Assembly (NCBI GenBank): GCA_964016885.1
Contig: OZ024743.1
Coordinates: 131,502,001 to 131,566,000 of the forward strand
Length of the DNA stretch: 64,000 bases
Reading direction: 5' to 3'
Source: Eledone cirrhosa
Lineage: Eukaryota
Part shown: positions 14,081 to 27,540 of the stretch, piece by piece
Position numbering within the stretch: position 1 is the first letter of the stretch
Layout: each line of letters opens with the position of its first letter
The notes under the pieces: generated by a model
What the model saw: only the letters and a program-made list of their open reading frames with translations
Databases searched by the model: none
What the model was told of the DNA's origin: nothing
Made by a program: the position numbers and the translations under genes

Positions 14081-15689
14081 CACCAAGCACCAAACCCCAA
14101 GCACCAAACACCAAGCACAAAACACCAAGCACCAAGCACCAAACACCAAACATCAAACAGCAATCACCAAACATCAAACAGCAAACACCAAACACCAAAC
14201 ACCAAACATCAAACACCAAACAGCAAACAACAAACAACAAACGCCAAACATCAAACGCCAAACACCAAACGCCAAATAGCAAACACCAAACCGCAAACAC
14301 CAAACACCAAACAGCAAACACCAAACAGCGAACTCCAAACAGCAAACACCAAACAGCAAACAGCAAACAGCAAACACCAAACACCAAACACCAAGCACCA
14401 AACTCCAAACACCAAGCACCAAGCACCAAGCACAAAACACCAAGCACCAAGCGCTAAACATAAAACACTAAGCACCAAGCACCAAGCACCAAGCACCAAA
14501 CACCAAACATCAAACACCAATCACCAAACATCAAACAGCAAACACCAAACACCAAACACCAAACATCAAACACCAAATAGCAAACAACAAACAACAAACG
14601 CCAAACATCAAACGCCAAACACAAACACCAAATAGCAAACACCAATCCGCAAACACCAAACTCCAAACAGCAAACACCAAACACCAAACAGCGAACACCA
14701 AACAGCAAACACCAAACAGCAAACACCAAACACCAAGCACCAAACACCAAACACCAAGCACGAAGCACCAAGCACAAAACACCAAGCACCAAGCACCAAA
14801 CACCAAGCACCAAACACCAAACACCAAGCACCAAGCGCCAAACACCAAGCACCAAGCACCAAGCACGAAACACCAAGCACCAATCACCAAACACCAAACA
14901 CCAAGCACCAAACACCAAACAGCAAACACCAATCACCAAACACCAAACACCAAATAGCAAACACCAATCACCAAACACCAAACACCAAACACCAAACAGT
15001 AAACACCAAACACCAAACAGCAAACACCAAACACCAAACACCAAACAGCAAACACCAAACACCAAACACCAAACAGCAAACACCAAACAAACAGCAAACA
15101 GCAAACACCAAGCAGCAAACACCAAACAGCAAACACCAAACACCAAACACCAAATAGCAAACACCAAACAGCAAACACCAAACAGCAAACACCAAACAGC
15201 AAACACCAGACAGCAAACAGCAAACACCAAACACCAAACACCAAGCACCAAGCACCAAACACCAAGCACCAAGCACCAAGCACCAATCACCAAGCACCAA
15301 GCACTAAACACCAAACACCAAGCACCAAGCACCAAGCACCAAACAGCAAGCACCAAGCACCATGCACCAACCGCCAAGCACCAAGCACCAAACACCAAGC
15401 ACCAAGCACCAAGCACCAAACACCAAGCACCAAAGACCAAGCACCAAATACCAAGCACCAAGCACCAAACACCAATCACCAAGCACCAAGCACCGAACAC
15501 CAAGCACCAAACACCAAGCACCAAGCACCAAGCACCAAGCACCAAGCACCAAACACCAATCACCAAGCCCCAAGCACCAAACACCAAGCACCAAGCACCA
15601 AACACCAAACACCAAGCACCAAGCACCCAGAACCAAACAGCAAACACCAAACAGCAAACACCAAACACCAAACACCAAACACCAAACAG

Positions 15690-18220
15690 CAAACACCAAA
15701 CAGCAAACAGCAAACAAGCACCAAGCACCAAACACCAAGCACCAAGCACCAAACAACAACACCAAGCACCAAGCACCAAACACCAAGCGCCAAGCACCAA
15801 ACACCAAACACCAAGCTCCAAGCACCAAACACCATACACCAAGCACCAAGCACCAAACACCAATCACCAAGCACCAAGCACCAAACCCCAAGCACCAAAC
15901 ACCAAGCACCAATCACCAAACACCAAACACCCAGCACCAAGCACCAAACACCAAGCACCAAGCACCAAGCACCAAACACCAAGCACCAAGTACCAAACAC
16001 CAAACACTAAGCACCAAGTACCAAACACCAAACACCAAGCACCAAGCACCAAACACCAAACATCAAGCACCAAGCACCAAACACCAAACACCAGGCTCCA
16101 AGCACAAAACACCAAGCACCAAGCACCAAGCAACAAACACCAAACACCAAGCACCAAACACCAAGCACCAAGCCCCAAGCACCAAACACCAAGCACCAAG
16201 CACCAAACACCAAGCACCAAGCACCAAGCACCATGCACCAAACACCAAGCACCAAGCACCAAACAGCAAACACCAAACAGCAAACACCAAACAGCAAACA
16301 CCAAACAGCAAACACCAAACACCAAGCACCAAGCACCAAACACCATACGCCAAACACCAAACACCAAGCACCAAGCACCAAACACCAAGCACCAAGCACC
16401 AAAGACCAAACACCAAGCACCAAGCACGAAACACCAAGCACCAAGCACCGAGCACCAAACACCAAACACCAAACACCAAGCACCAAGCACCAAACACCAA
16501 ATACCAAGCACCAAGCACTAAACACCAAACACCAAGCACCAAACACCAAGCACCAAGCACCAAGCACCAAGCACCAAACACAAAACACCAAGTACCAAGC
16601 ACCAAGCACCAAACACCAAACACCTAACACCAAGCACCAAGCACCAAACACCAAACACCAAGCACCAAGCACCAGAGACCAAGCACCAAGCACCAAGGAC
16701 CAAACACCAAACACCAAACACCAGGCACAAAGCACCAAACACCAAGCACCAAGCACCAAACACCAAAGACCAAGCACAAAGCACCAAAGAGCAAAAACAA
16801 AGCACCAAGCACCAAACACCAAACACCAAACACCAAACAGCAAACACCAAACACCAAATAGCAAACACCAAAGGGCAAACTCCAAACACCAAACAGCAAA
16901 CACAAAACACCAAACAGCAAACAACAAACAGCAAACAGCAAACAGCAAACAGCAAACAGCAAACACCAAACACCAAGCATCAAGCACCAAGCACCAAACA
17001 CCAACACCAAGCACCAAGCACCAAACACCAAGCACCAAGCACCAAACACCAAACACCAAGCTCCAAGCACCAAAAAAAAAAAACACCAAGCACCAAACCC
17101 CAAGCACCAAACACCAAGCACCAAGAACCAAACACCAAACATCAAACAGCAATCACCAAACATCAAACAGCAAACACCAAACACCAAACACCAAACATCA
17201 AACGCCAAACATCAAACGGCAAACACCAAACGCCAAATAGCAAACACCAAACCGCAAACACCAAACACCAAACAGCAAACACCAAACAGCGAACTCCAAA
17301 CAGCAAACACCAAACAGCAAACAGCAAACAGCAAACACCAAACACCAAACACCAAGCACCAAACTCCAAACACCAAGCACCAAGCACCAAGCACAAAACA
17401 CCAAGCACCAAGCGCTAAACATAAAACACTAAGCACCAAGCACCAAGCACCAAGCACCAAACACCAAACATCAAACACCAATCACCAAACATCAAACAGC
17501 AAACACCAAACACCAAACACCAAACATCAAACACCAAATAGCAAACAACAAACAACAAACGCCAAACATCAAACGCCAAGCACAAACACCAAATAGCAAA
17601 CACCAAACCGCAAACACCAAACTCCAAACAGCAAACACCAAACACCAAACAGCGAACACCAAACAGCAAACACCAAACAGCAAACACCAAACACCAAGCA
17701 CCAAACACCAAACACCAAGCACGAAGCACCAAGCACAAAACACCAAGCACCAAGCACCAAACACCAAGCACCAAACACCAAACACCAAGCACCAAGCGCC
17801 AAACACCAAGCACCAAGCACCAAGCACGAAACACCAAGCACCAATCACCAAACACCAAACACCAAGCACCAAACACCAAACAGCAAACACCAATCACCAA
17901 ACACCAAACACCAAACAGCAAACACCAATCACCAAACACCAAACACCAAACACCAAACAGTAAACACCAAACACCAAACAGCAAACACCAAACACCAAAC
18001 ACCAAACAGCAAACACCAAACACCAAACACCAAACAGCAAACACCAAACAAACAGCAAACAGCAAACACCAAGCAGCAAACACCAAACAGCAAACACCAA
18101 ACACCAAACACCAAATAGCAAACACCAAACAGCAAACACCAAACAGCAAACACCAAACAGCAAACACCAGACAGCAAACAGCAAACACCAAACACCAAAC
18201 ACCAAGCACCAAGCACCAAA
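15690..18220 (+). repeat. Copy of ~9400-11970 at ~6.23-6.29-kb offset
   Basis: Offsets 6286 (9578/15864, 9721/16007), 6258 (10260/16518; GGG 10615/16873) and 6230 (11185/17415). The steps are 28 bp each. Shared variant CACTAAG at ~9719/16005. Confidence 0.8.
17072..17083 (+). repeat. A12 homopolymer (copy 5 of 6)
   Basis: Same flanks and length as 961-972. Confidence 0.95.
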
Positions 18221-18439
18221 CACCAAACACCAAACACCAAGCACCAAGCCCCAAGCACCAAACACCAAGCACCAAGCACCAAACACCAAGCACGAAGCAC
18301 CAAGCACCATGCACCAAACACCAAGCACCAAGCACCAAACAGCAAACACCAAACAGCAAACACCAAACACCAAACACCAACCAGCAAACACCAAACACCA
18401 AACACCAAACAGCAAACACCAAACAGCAAACACCAAACA

Positions 18440-18580
18440 GCAAACGCCAAACACCAAACACCAAACAGCAAATGCCAAAAAGCAAACGCCAAACCCCAAA
18501 CGCCAAACAGCAAATGCCAAACCCCAAACGCCAAACAGCAAACGCCAAGCACCAAACACCAAACACCAAGCGCCAAGCAC
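18440..18580 (+). repeat. First CG-rich module (TGCCAAA AAGCAAA CGCCAAA CCCCAAA CGCCAAA CAGCAAA TGCCAAA CCCCAAA CGCCAAA)
   Basis: Motif first appears at ~18473. It then recurs near 19820, 24114, 26088, 26767, 31329, 33303, 33982, 38866, 39503, 44401, 45038, 47106, 48982, 49661, 54713, 55350, 56050, 57300-57550, 58200, 58800, 62519, 63156 and 63850. Confidence 0.9.
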
Positions 18581-19079
18581 CAAACACCAAACACCAAGCA
18601 CCAAGCACCAAACACCAAACACCAAGCACCAATCACCAAACACCAAGCACCAAGCGCCAAGCACCAAACACCAAACACCTAGCACCAAGCACCAAGCACC
18701 AAACACCAAGTACCAAACACCAATCACCAAGTCCCAAGCACCAAACACCAAGCACCAAGCACCAAACACCAAACACCAAGCACCAAGCACCCAGAACCAA
18801 GCACCAAGCACCAAACACCAAGCACCAAGCACCGAGCACCAAACACCAAGAACCAAGCACCAAGCACTAAAAACCAAACACCAAACACCAAGCGCCAAGC
18901 ACCAAACACCAAACACCAAGCACCAAGCACCAAACACCAAACACCAAGCACAAATCACCAAACACCAAACACCAAGCGCCAAACACCAAACACCAAACAC
19001 CTAGCACCAAGCACCAAGCACCAAACACCAAGCACCAAACACCAAGCACCAAGCACCAAGCACCAAGCACCAAACACCA

Positions 19080-19860
19080 ATCACCAAGCCCCAAGCATCA
19101 AACACCAAGCACCCAGCACCAAACACCAAACACCAAGCACCAAGCACCCAGAACAAAGCACCAAGCACCAAACACCAAACACCAAGCACCAAACCCCAAG
19201 CACCAAACACCAAGCACCAATCACCAAACACCGAACACCAAGAACCAAGCACCAAGCACCAAACACCAAGCACCAAGCACCAAGCACCAAGCACCAAGCA
19301 CCAAGCACCAAACACCAAGCACCAAGTACCACACACCAAACACCAAGCACCAAGCACCAAACACCAAACACCAAACACCAGGCACCAAGCACCAATCACC
19401 AAGCACCAAGCAAAAACACAAAGCACCAAGCACCAAGCACCAAACACCAAACACCAAACACCAAGCCCAAATCACCAAAGAGCAAAAACAAAACACCAAG
19501 CACCAAAGACCAAACACCAAGCACCAAACACCAAACACCAAACACCAAACACCAAACAGCAAACACCAAACACCAAATAGCAAAAACCAAAGAGCAAACT
19601 CCAAGCACCAAACAGCAAACACAAAACACCAAACAGCAAACAGCAAACAGCAAACTCCAAACACCAAACACCAAGCACCAAGCACTAAATCCCAAGCACC
19701 AAACACCAAGCACCAATCACCAAACACCAAGCACCAAGCACCAAACACCAAACACCAAGCACCAAGTACCAAACACCAAACACCAAGCACCAAACACTAA
19801 ACAGCAAACGCAAAAAAGCAAATGCCAAACCCCAAACGCCAAACAGCAAACGCCCAGCAC
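19080..19860 (+). repeat. Diverged segment of the array, single-copy in this window
   Basis: Variants not seen elsewhere: TACCACA ~19327, CAAAAA hexamer 19411, CCCAAAT ~19466, AAACCAAAGAGCAAACTCCAAG ~19585 (vs AAGGGCAAACTCCAAA in other copies). Confidence 0.7.
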
Positions 19861-21886
19861 CAAACACCAAACACCAAGCGCCAAGCACCAAACACCAAAC
19901 ACCAAGCACCAAGCACCAAACACCAAACACCAAGCACAAATCACCAAACACCAAACACCAAGCGCCAAACACCAAACACCAAACACCTAGCACCAAGCAC
20001 CAAGCACCAAACACCAAGCACCAAACACAAAGCACCAAGCACCAAGCACCAAGCACCAAGCACCAAACACCAATCACCAAGCCCCAAGCATCAAACACCA
20101 AGCACCCAGCACCAAACACCAGACACCAAGCACCAAGCACCCAGAACAAAGCACCAAGCACCAAACACCAAACACCAAGCTCCAAGCACCAAACACCAAA
20201 CACCAAGCACCAAGCACCAAGCACCAAACACCAAACACCAAGCACCAAGCACCAAACACCAAACACCAAGCACCAATCACCAAACACCAAGCCCCAAGCG
20301 CCAAACACCAAACACCAAACACCTAGCACCAAGCACCAAGCACCGAACACCAAGCACCAAACACCAAGCACCAAGCACCAAGCACCAAGCACCAAGCACC
20401 AAACACCAATCACCAAGCCCCAAGCACCAAACACCAAGCACCAAGCACCAAACACCAAACACCAAGCACCAAGCACCCAGAACCAAAGAGCAAACACCAA
20501 ACACCAAACACCAAACACCAAACAGCAAACACCAAACAGCAAACACCAAACAGCAAACAGCAAACAAACACCAAGCACCAAACACCAAGCACCAAGCACC
20601 AAACAACAACACCAAGCACCAAGCACCAAACACCAAGCGCCAAGCACCAAACACCAAACACCAAGCTCCAAGCACCAAACACCATACACCAAGCACCAAG
20701 CACTAAACACCAATCACCAAGCACCAAGCACCAAACCCCAAGCACCAAACACCAAGCACCAATCACCAAACACCAAACACCCAGCACCAAGCACCAAACA
20801 CCAAGCACCAAGCACCAAGCACCAAACACCAAGCACCAAGTACCAAACACCAAACACCAAGCACCAAGTACCAAACACCAAACACCAAGCACCAAGCACC
20901 AAACACCAAACACCAAGCACCAAGCACCAAACACCAAACACCAGGCTCCAAGCACAAAACACCAAGCACCAAGCACCAAGCAACAAACACCAAACACCAA
21001 GCACCAAACACCAAGCACCAAGCCCCAAGCACCAAACACCAAGCACCAAGCACCAAGCACCAAGCACCATGCACCAAACACCAAGCACCAAGCACCAAAC
21101 AGCAAACACCAAACAGCAAACACCAAACAGCAAACACCAAACAGCAAACACCAAACACCAAGCACCAAGCACCAAACACCATACGCCAAACACCAAACAC
21201 CAAGCACCAAGCACGAAACACCAAGCACCAAGCACCGAGCACCAAACACCAAACACCAAACACCAAGCACCAAGCACCAAACACCAAACACCAAGAACCA
21301 AGCACCAAACACCAAATACCAAGCACCAAGCACTAAACACCAAACACCAAGCACCAACCACCAAGCACCAAGCACCAAGCACCAAGCACCAAACACAAAA
21401 CACCAAGTACCAAGCACCAAGCACCAAACACCAAACACCAAACACCAAGCACCAAGCACCAAACACCAAACACCAAGCACCAAGCACCAGAGACCAAGCA
21501 CCAAGCACCAAGGACCAAACACCAAACACCAAACACCAGGCACAAAGCACCAAACACCAAGCACCAAGCACCAAACACCAAAGACCAAGCACAAAGCACC
21601 AAAGAGCAAAAACAAAGCACCAAGCACCAAACACCAAACACCAAACACCAAACAGCAAACACCAAACACCAAATAGCAAACACCAAAGGGCAAACTCCAA
21701 ACACCAAACAGCAAACACAAAATACCAAACAGCAAACAACAAACAGCAAACAGCAAACAGCAAACAGCAAACAGCAAACACCAAACACCAAGCACCAAGC
21801 ACCAAGCACCAAACACCAACACCAAGCACCAAGCACCAAACACCAAGCACCAAGCACCAAACACCAAACACCAAGCTCCAAGCACC

Positions 21887-21898
21887 AAAAAAAAAAAA
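21887..21898 (+). repeat. A12 homopolymer (copy 6 of 6, last in window)
   Basis: Same flanks and length as 961-972; none seen further right. Confidence 0.95.
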
Positions 21899-22979
21899 CA
21901 CCAAGCACCAAACCCCAAGCACCAAACACCAAGCACAAAACACCAAGCACCAAGCACCAAACACCAAACATCAAACAGCAATCACCAAACATCAAACAGC
22001 AAACACCAAACACCAAACACCAAACATCAAACACCAAACAGCAAACAACAAACAACAAACGCCAAACATCAAACGCCAAACACCAAACGCCAAATAGCAA
22101 ACACCAAACCGCAAACACCAAACACCAAACAGCAAACACCAAACACCAAACAGCGAACTCCAAACAGCAAACACCAAACAGCAAACAGCAAACAGCAAAC
22201 ACCAAACACCAAACACCAAGCACCAAACTCCAAACACCAAGCACCAAGCACCAAGCACAAAACACCAAGCACCAAGCGCTAAACATAAAACACTAAGCAC
22301 CAAGCACCAAGCACCAAGCACCAAACACCAAACATCAAACACCAATCACCAAACATCAAACAGCAAACACCAAACACCAAACACCAAACATCAAACACCA
22401 AATAGCAAACAACAAACAACAAACGCCAAACATCAAACGCCAAACACAAACACCAAATAGCAAACACCAAACCGCAAACACCAAACACCAAACAGCAAAC
22501 ACCAAACACCAAACAGCGAACACCAAACAGCAAACACCAAACAGCAAACACCAAACACCAAGCACCAAACACCAAACACCAAGCACGAAGCACCAAGCAC
22601 AAAACACCAAGCACCAAGCACCAAACACCAAGCACTAAACACCAAACACCAAGCACCAAGCGCCAAACACCAAGCACCAAGCACCAAGCACGAAACACCA
22701 AGCACCAATCACCAAACACCAAACACCAAGCACCAAACACCAAACAGCAAACACCAATCACCAAACACCAAACACCAAACAGCAAACACCAATCACCAAA
22801 CACCAAACACCAAACACCAAACAGTAAACACCAAACACCAAACAGCAAACACCAAACACCAAACACCAAACAGCAAACACCAAACACCAAACACCAAACA
22901 GCAAACACCAAACAAACAGCAAACAGCAAACACCAAGCAGCAAACACCAAACAGCAAACACCAAACACCAAACACCAAA

Positions 22980-25780
22980 TAGCAAACACCAAACAGCAAA
23001 CACCAAACAGCAAACACCAAACAGCAAACACCAGACAGCAAACAGCAAACACCAAACACCAAACACCAAGCACCAAGCACCAAACACCAAGCACCAAGCA
23101 ACAAGCACCAATCACCAAGCACCAAGCACTAAACACCAAACACCAAGCACCAAGCACCAAGCACCAAACAGCAAGCACCAAGCACCATGCACCAAACGCC
23201 AAGCACCAAGCACCAAACACCAAGCACCAAGCACCAGGCACCAAACACCAAGCCCCAAAGACCAAGCACCAAATACCAAGCACCAAGCACCAAACACCAA
23301 TCACCAAGCACCAAGCACCAAGCACCAAATCCCAAGCACCAAACACCAAGCACCAAGCACCAAACACCAAACACCAAGCACGAAGCACCAAGCATCAAAT
23401 ACCAAACACCAAACACCAAGCACCACACATCAAACACCAAGCACGAAGCACCAATCGCCAAGCACCAAGCACCAAGCAATAAACACAAAGCACCAAGCAC
23501 CAAGCACCAAGCACCAAGCACCAAGCACCAAACACCAAGCACCAAGCACCCAACACCAAACACCAATCACCAAGCACCAAAGAGCAAACACGAAGCCCCA
23601 AGCACCAAACACCCAACACCAAACACCAAACATCAAACACCAATCACGAATCACAAAACACCAAACACCAAACATCAAACACCAATCACGAATCACCAAG
23701 CACCAAACACCAAACACCAAGCACCAAGCACCAAGCACCAAACACCAAACACCAAGCACCAAGCACTAAACACCAAACACCAAGCACCAAACACCAAGCA
23801 CCAAGCACCAAGCACCAAGCACCAAGCACCAAACACCAAGCACCAAGCACCAAACACCAAACACCAGGCTCCAAGCACAAAACACCAAGCACCAAGCACC
23901 AAGCAACAAACACCAAACACCAAGCACCAAACACCAAGCACCAAGCCCCAAGCACCAAACACCAAGCACCAAGCACCAAGCACCAAGCACCATGCACCAA
24001 ACACCAAGCACCAAGCACCAAACAGCAAACACCAAACAGTAAACACCAAACAGCAAACACCAAACAGCAAACACCAAACAGCAAACACCAAACACCAAAC
24101 ACCAAACAGCAAATGCCAAAAAGCAAACGCCAAACCCCAAACGCCAAACAGCAAATGCCAAACCCCAAACGTCAAACAGCAAACGCCAAGCGCCAAACGC
24201 CAAACACCAAGTGCCAAGCACCAAACACCAAACACCAAGCACCAAGCACCAAGCACCAAACACCAAACACCAAGCACCAAGTACCAAACACCAAACACCA
24301 AGCACCAAACACCAAACAGCAAACGCCAAAAAGCAAACGCCAAACCCCATACGCCAAACAGCAAATGCCAAACCCCAAACGCCAAACAGCAAACGCCAAG
24401 CACCAAACACCAAACACCAAGCGCCAAGCACCAAACACCAAACACCAAGCACCAATCACCAAACACCAAGCACCAAGCGCCAAGCACCAAACACCAAACA
24501 CCTAGCACCAAGCACCAAGCACCAAACACCAAGTACCAAACACCAATCACCAAGCCCCAAGCACCAAACACCAAGCGCCAAGCACCAAACACCAAACACC
24601 AAGCACCAAGCACCCAGAACCAAGCACCAAGCACCAAACACCAAGCACCAAGCACCGAGCACCAAACGCCAAGAACCAAGCACCAAGCTCTAAACACCAA
24701 ACACCAAGCACCAAGCACCAAACACCAAACACCAAACACCAAACACCAAACACCAAACAGCAAATGCCAAACAGCAAACGCCAAACACCAAACACCAAAT
24801 AGCAAACACCAAACAGCAAACACCAAACAGCAAACACCAAACAGCAAACACCAGACAGCAAACAGCAAACACCAAACACCAAACACCAAGCACCAAGCAC
24901 CAAACACCAAGCACCAAGCAACAAGCACCAATCACCAAGCACCAAGCACTAAACACCAAACACCAAGCACCAAGCACCAAGCACCAAACAGCAAGCACCA
25001 AGCACCATGCACCAAACGCCAAGCACCAAGCACCAAACACCAAGCACCAAGCACCAAGCACCAAACACCAAGCACCAAAGACCAAGCACCAAATACCAAG
25101 CACCAAGCACCAAACACCAATCACCAAGCACCAAGCACCAAACACCAAGAACCAAGCACCAATCACTAAACACCAAACACCAAGCACCAAGCACCAAACA
25201 CCAAACACCAAGCACCAAGTACCAAACACCAAACACCAAACACCAAGCACCAAGCACCAAATCCCAAGCACCAAACACCAAGCACCAAGCACCAAACACC
25301 AAACACCAAGCACGAAGCACCAAGCATCAAATACCAAACACCAAACACCAAGCACCACACATCAAACACCAAGCACGAAGCACCAATCGCCAAGCACCAA
25401 GCACCAAGCAATAAACACAAAGCACCAAGCACCAAGCACCAAGCACCAAGCACCAAGCACCAAACACCAAGCACCAAGCACCCAACACCAAACACCAATC
25501 ACCAAGCACCAAAGAGCAAACACGAAGCCCCAAGCACCAAACACCCAACACCAAACACCAAACATCAAACACCAATCACGAATCACAAAACACCAAACAC
25601 CAAACATCAAACACCAATCACGAATCACCAAGCACCAAACACCAAACACCAAGCACCAAGCACCAAGCACCAAACACCAAACACCAAGCACCAAGCACTA
25701 AACACCAAACACCAAGCACCAAACACCAAGCACCAAGCACCAAGCACCAAGCACCAAGCACCAAACACCAAGCACCAAGC
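22980..25780 (+). repeat. ~1.9-kb-offset duplication of the CACCACACATC/CAATAAA/AATCACGAATCAC module
   Basis: ORF-track pairs 23395/25327 and 30610/32542 (1932 = 276x7), and 46345/48319 (1974 = 282x7). Confidence 0.8.
24110..24430 (+). repeat. 210-bp (30-monomer) direct duplication inside the CG-rich module
   Basis: TGCCAAA AAGCAAA at 24114 vs CGCCAAA AAGCAAA at 24324; TGCCAAG at 24212 vs CGCCAAG at 24422. Confidence 0.8.
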
Positions 25781-26279
25781 ACCAAACAGCAAACACCAAG
25801 CACCAAACACCAAACACCAAGCACCAAGCACCAAACACCAAACACCAAACACCAAGCACCAAGCCCCAAGCACCAAACACCAAGCACCAAGCACCAAACA
25901 CCAAGCACGAAGCACCAAGCACCATGCACCAAACACCAAGCACCAAGCACCAAACAGCAAACACCAAACAGCAAACACCAAACACCAAACACCAACAAGC
26001 AAACACCAAACACCAAACACCAAACAGCAAACACCAAACAGCAAACACCAAACAGCAAACACCAAACACCAAACACCAAACAGCAAATGCCAAAAAGCAA
26101 ACGCCAAACCCCAAACGCCAAACAGCAAATGCCAAACCCCAAACGCCAAACAGCAAACGCCAAGCGCCAAACGCCAAACACCAAGTGCCAAGCACCAAAC
26201 ACCAAACACCAAGCACCAAGCACCAAGCACCAAACACCAAACACCAAGCACCAAGTACCAAACACCAAACACCAAGCAC

Positions 26280-27540
26280 CAAACACCAAACAGCAAACGC
26301 CAAAAAGCAAACGCCAAACCCCATACGCCAAACAGCAAATGCCAAACCCCAAACGCCAAACAGCAAACGCCAAGCACCAAACACCAAACACCAAGCGCCA
26401 AGCACCAAACACCAAACACCAAGCACCAAGCACCAAACACCAAACACCAAGCACCAATCACCAAACACCAAGCACCAAGCGCCAAGCACCAAACACCAAA
26501 CACCTAGCACCAAGCACCAAGCACCAAACACCAAGTACCAAACACCAATCACCAAGCCCCAAGCACAAAACACCAAGCGCCAAGCACCAAACACCAAACA
26601 CCAAGCACCAAGCACCCAGAACCAAGCACCAAGCACCAAACACCAAGCACCAAGCACCGAGCACCAAACACCAAGAACCAAGCACCAAGCTCTAAACACC
26701 AAACACCAAGCACCAAGCACCAAACACCAAACACCAAACACCAAACACCAAACACCAAACAGCAAATGCCAAAAAGCAAACGCCAAACCCCAAACCCCAA
26801 ACGCCAAACACCAAGCGCCAAGCACCAAACACCAAACACCAAGCACCAAGCACCAAACACCAAACACCAAGCACCAAGTACCAAACACCAAACACCAAGC
26901 ACCAAACACCAAACAGCAAACGCCAAAAAGCAAACGCCAAAACCCATACGCCAAACAGCAAATGCCAAACCCCAAACGCCAAACAGCAAACGCCAAGCAC
27001 CGAACACCAAACACCAAGCGCCAAGCACCAAACACCAAACACCAAGCACCAAGCACCAAACACCAAACACCAAGCACCAATCACCAAACACCAAGCACCA
27101 AGCGCCAAGCACCAAACACCAAACACCTAGCACCAAGCACCAAGCACCAAACACCAAGTACCAAACACCAATCACCAAGCCCCAAGCACCAAACACCAAG
27201 CACCAAGCACCAAACACCAAACACCAAGCACCAAGCACCCAGAACCAAGCACCAAGCACCAAACACCAAGCACCAAGCACCGAGCACCAAACACCAAGAA
27301 CCAAGCACCAAGCACTAAACACCAAACACCAAACACCAAGCGCCAAGCACCAAACACCAAACACCAAGCACCAAGCACCAAACACCAAACACCAAGCACA
27401 AATCACCAAACACCAAACACCAAGCGCCAAACACCAAACACCAAACACCTAGCACCAAGCACCAAGCACCAAACACCAAGCACCAAACACCAAGCACCAA
27501 GCACCAAGCACCAAGCACCAAGCACCAAACACCAATCACC
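26280..27540 (+). repeat. 623-bp and 322-bp nested sub-repeats marked by CACCTAG
   Basis: CACCTAG at 26501, 27124 and 27446 (623 = 89x7, 322 = 46x7). The same spacing is seen at ORF-track pairs 33673/34296 and 49352/49975; a 665-bp version at 55048/55713 and 62854/63519. Confidence 0.78.

Larger units (their letters stand above)
9820..15490 (+). repeat. Copy B of the ~5.6-kb block (offset ~9.85 kb from 1-5620)
   Basis: Same landmark order and shared rare variants as 1-5620. Colinearity ends near CACCGAA at 15491. Confidence 0.88.
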
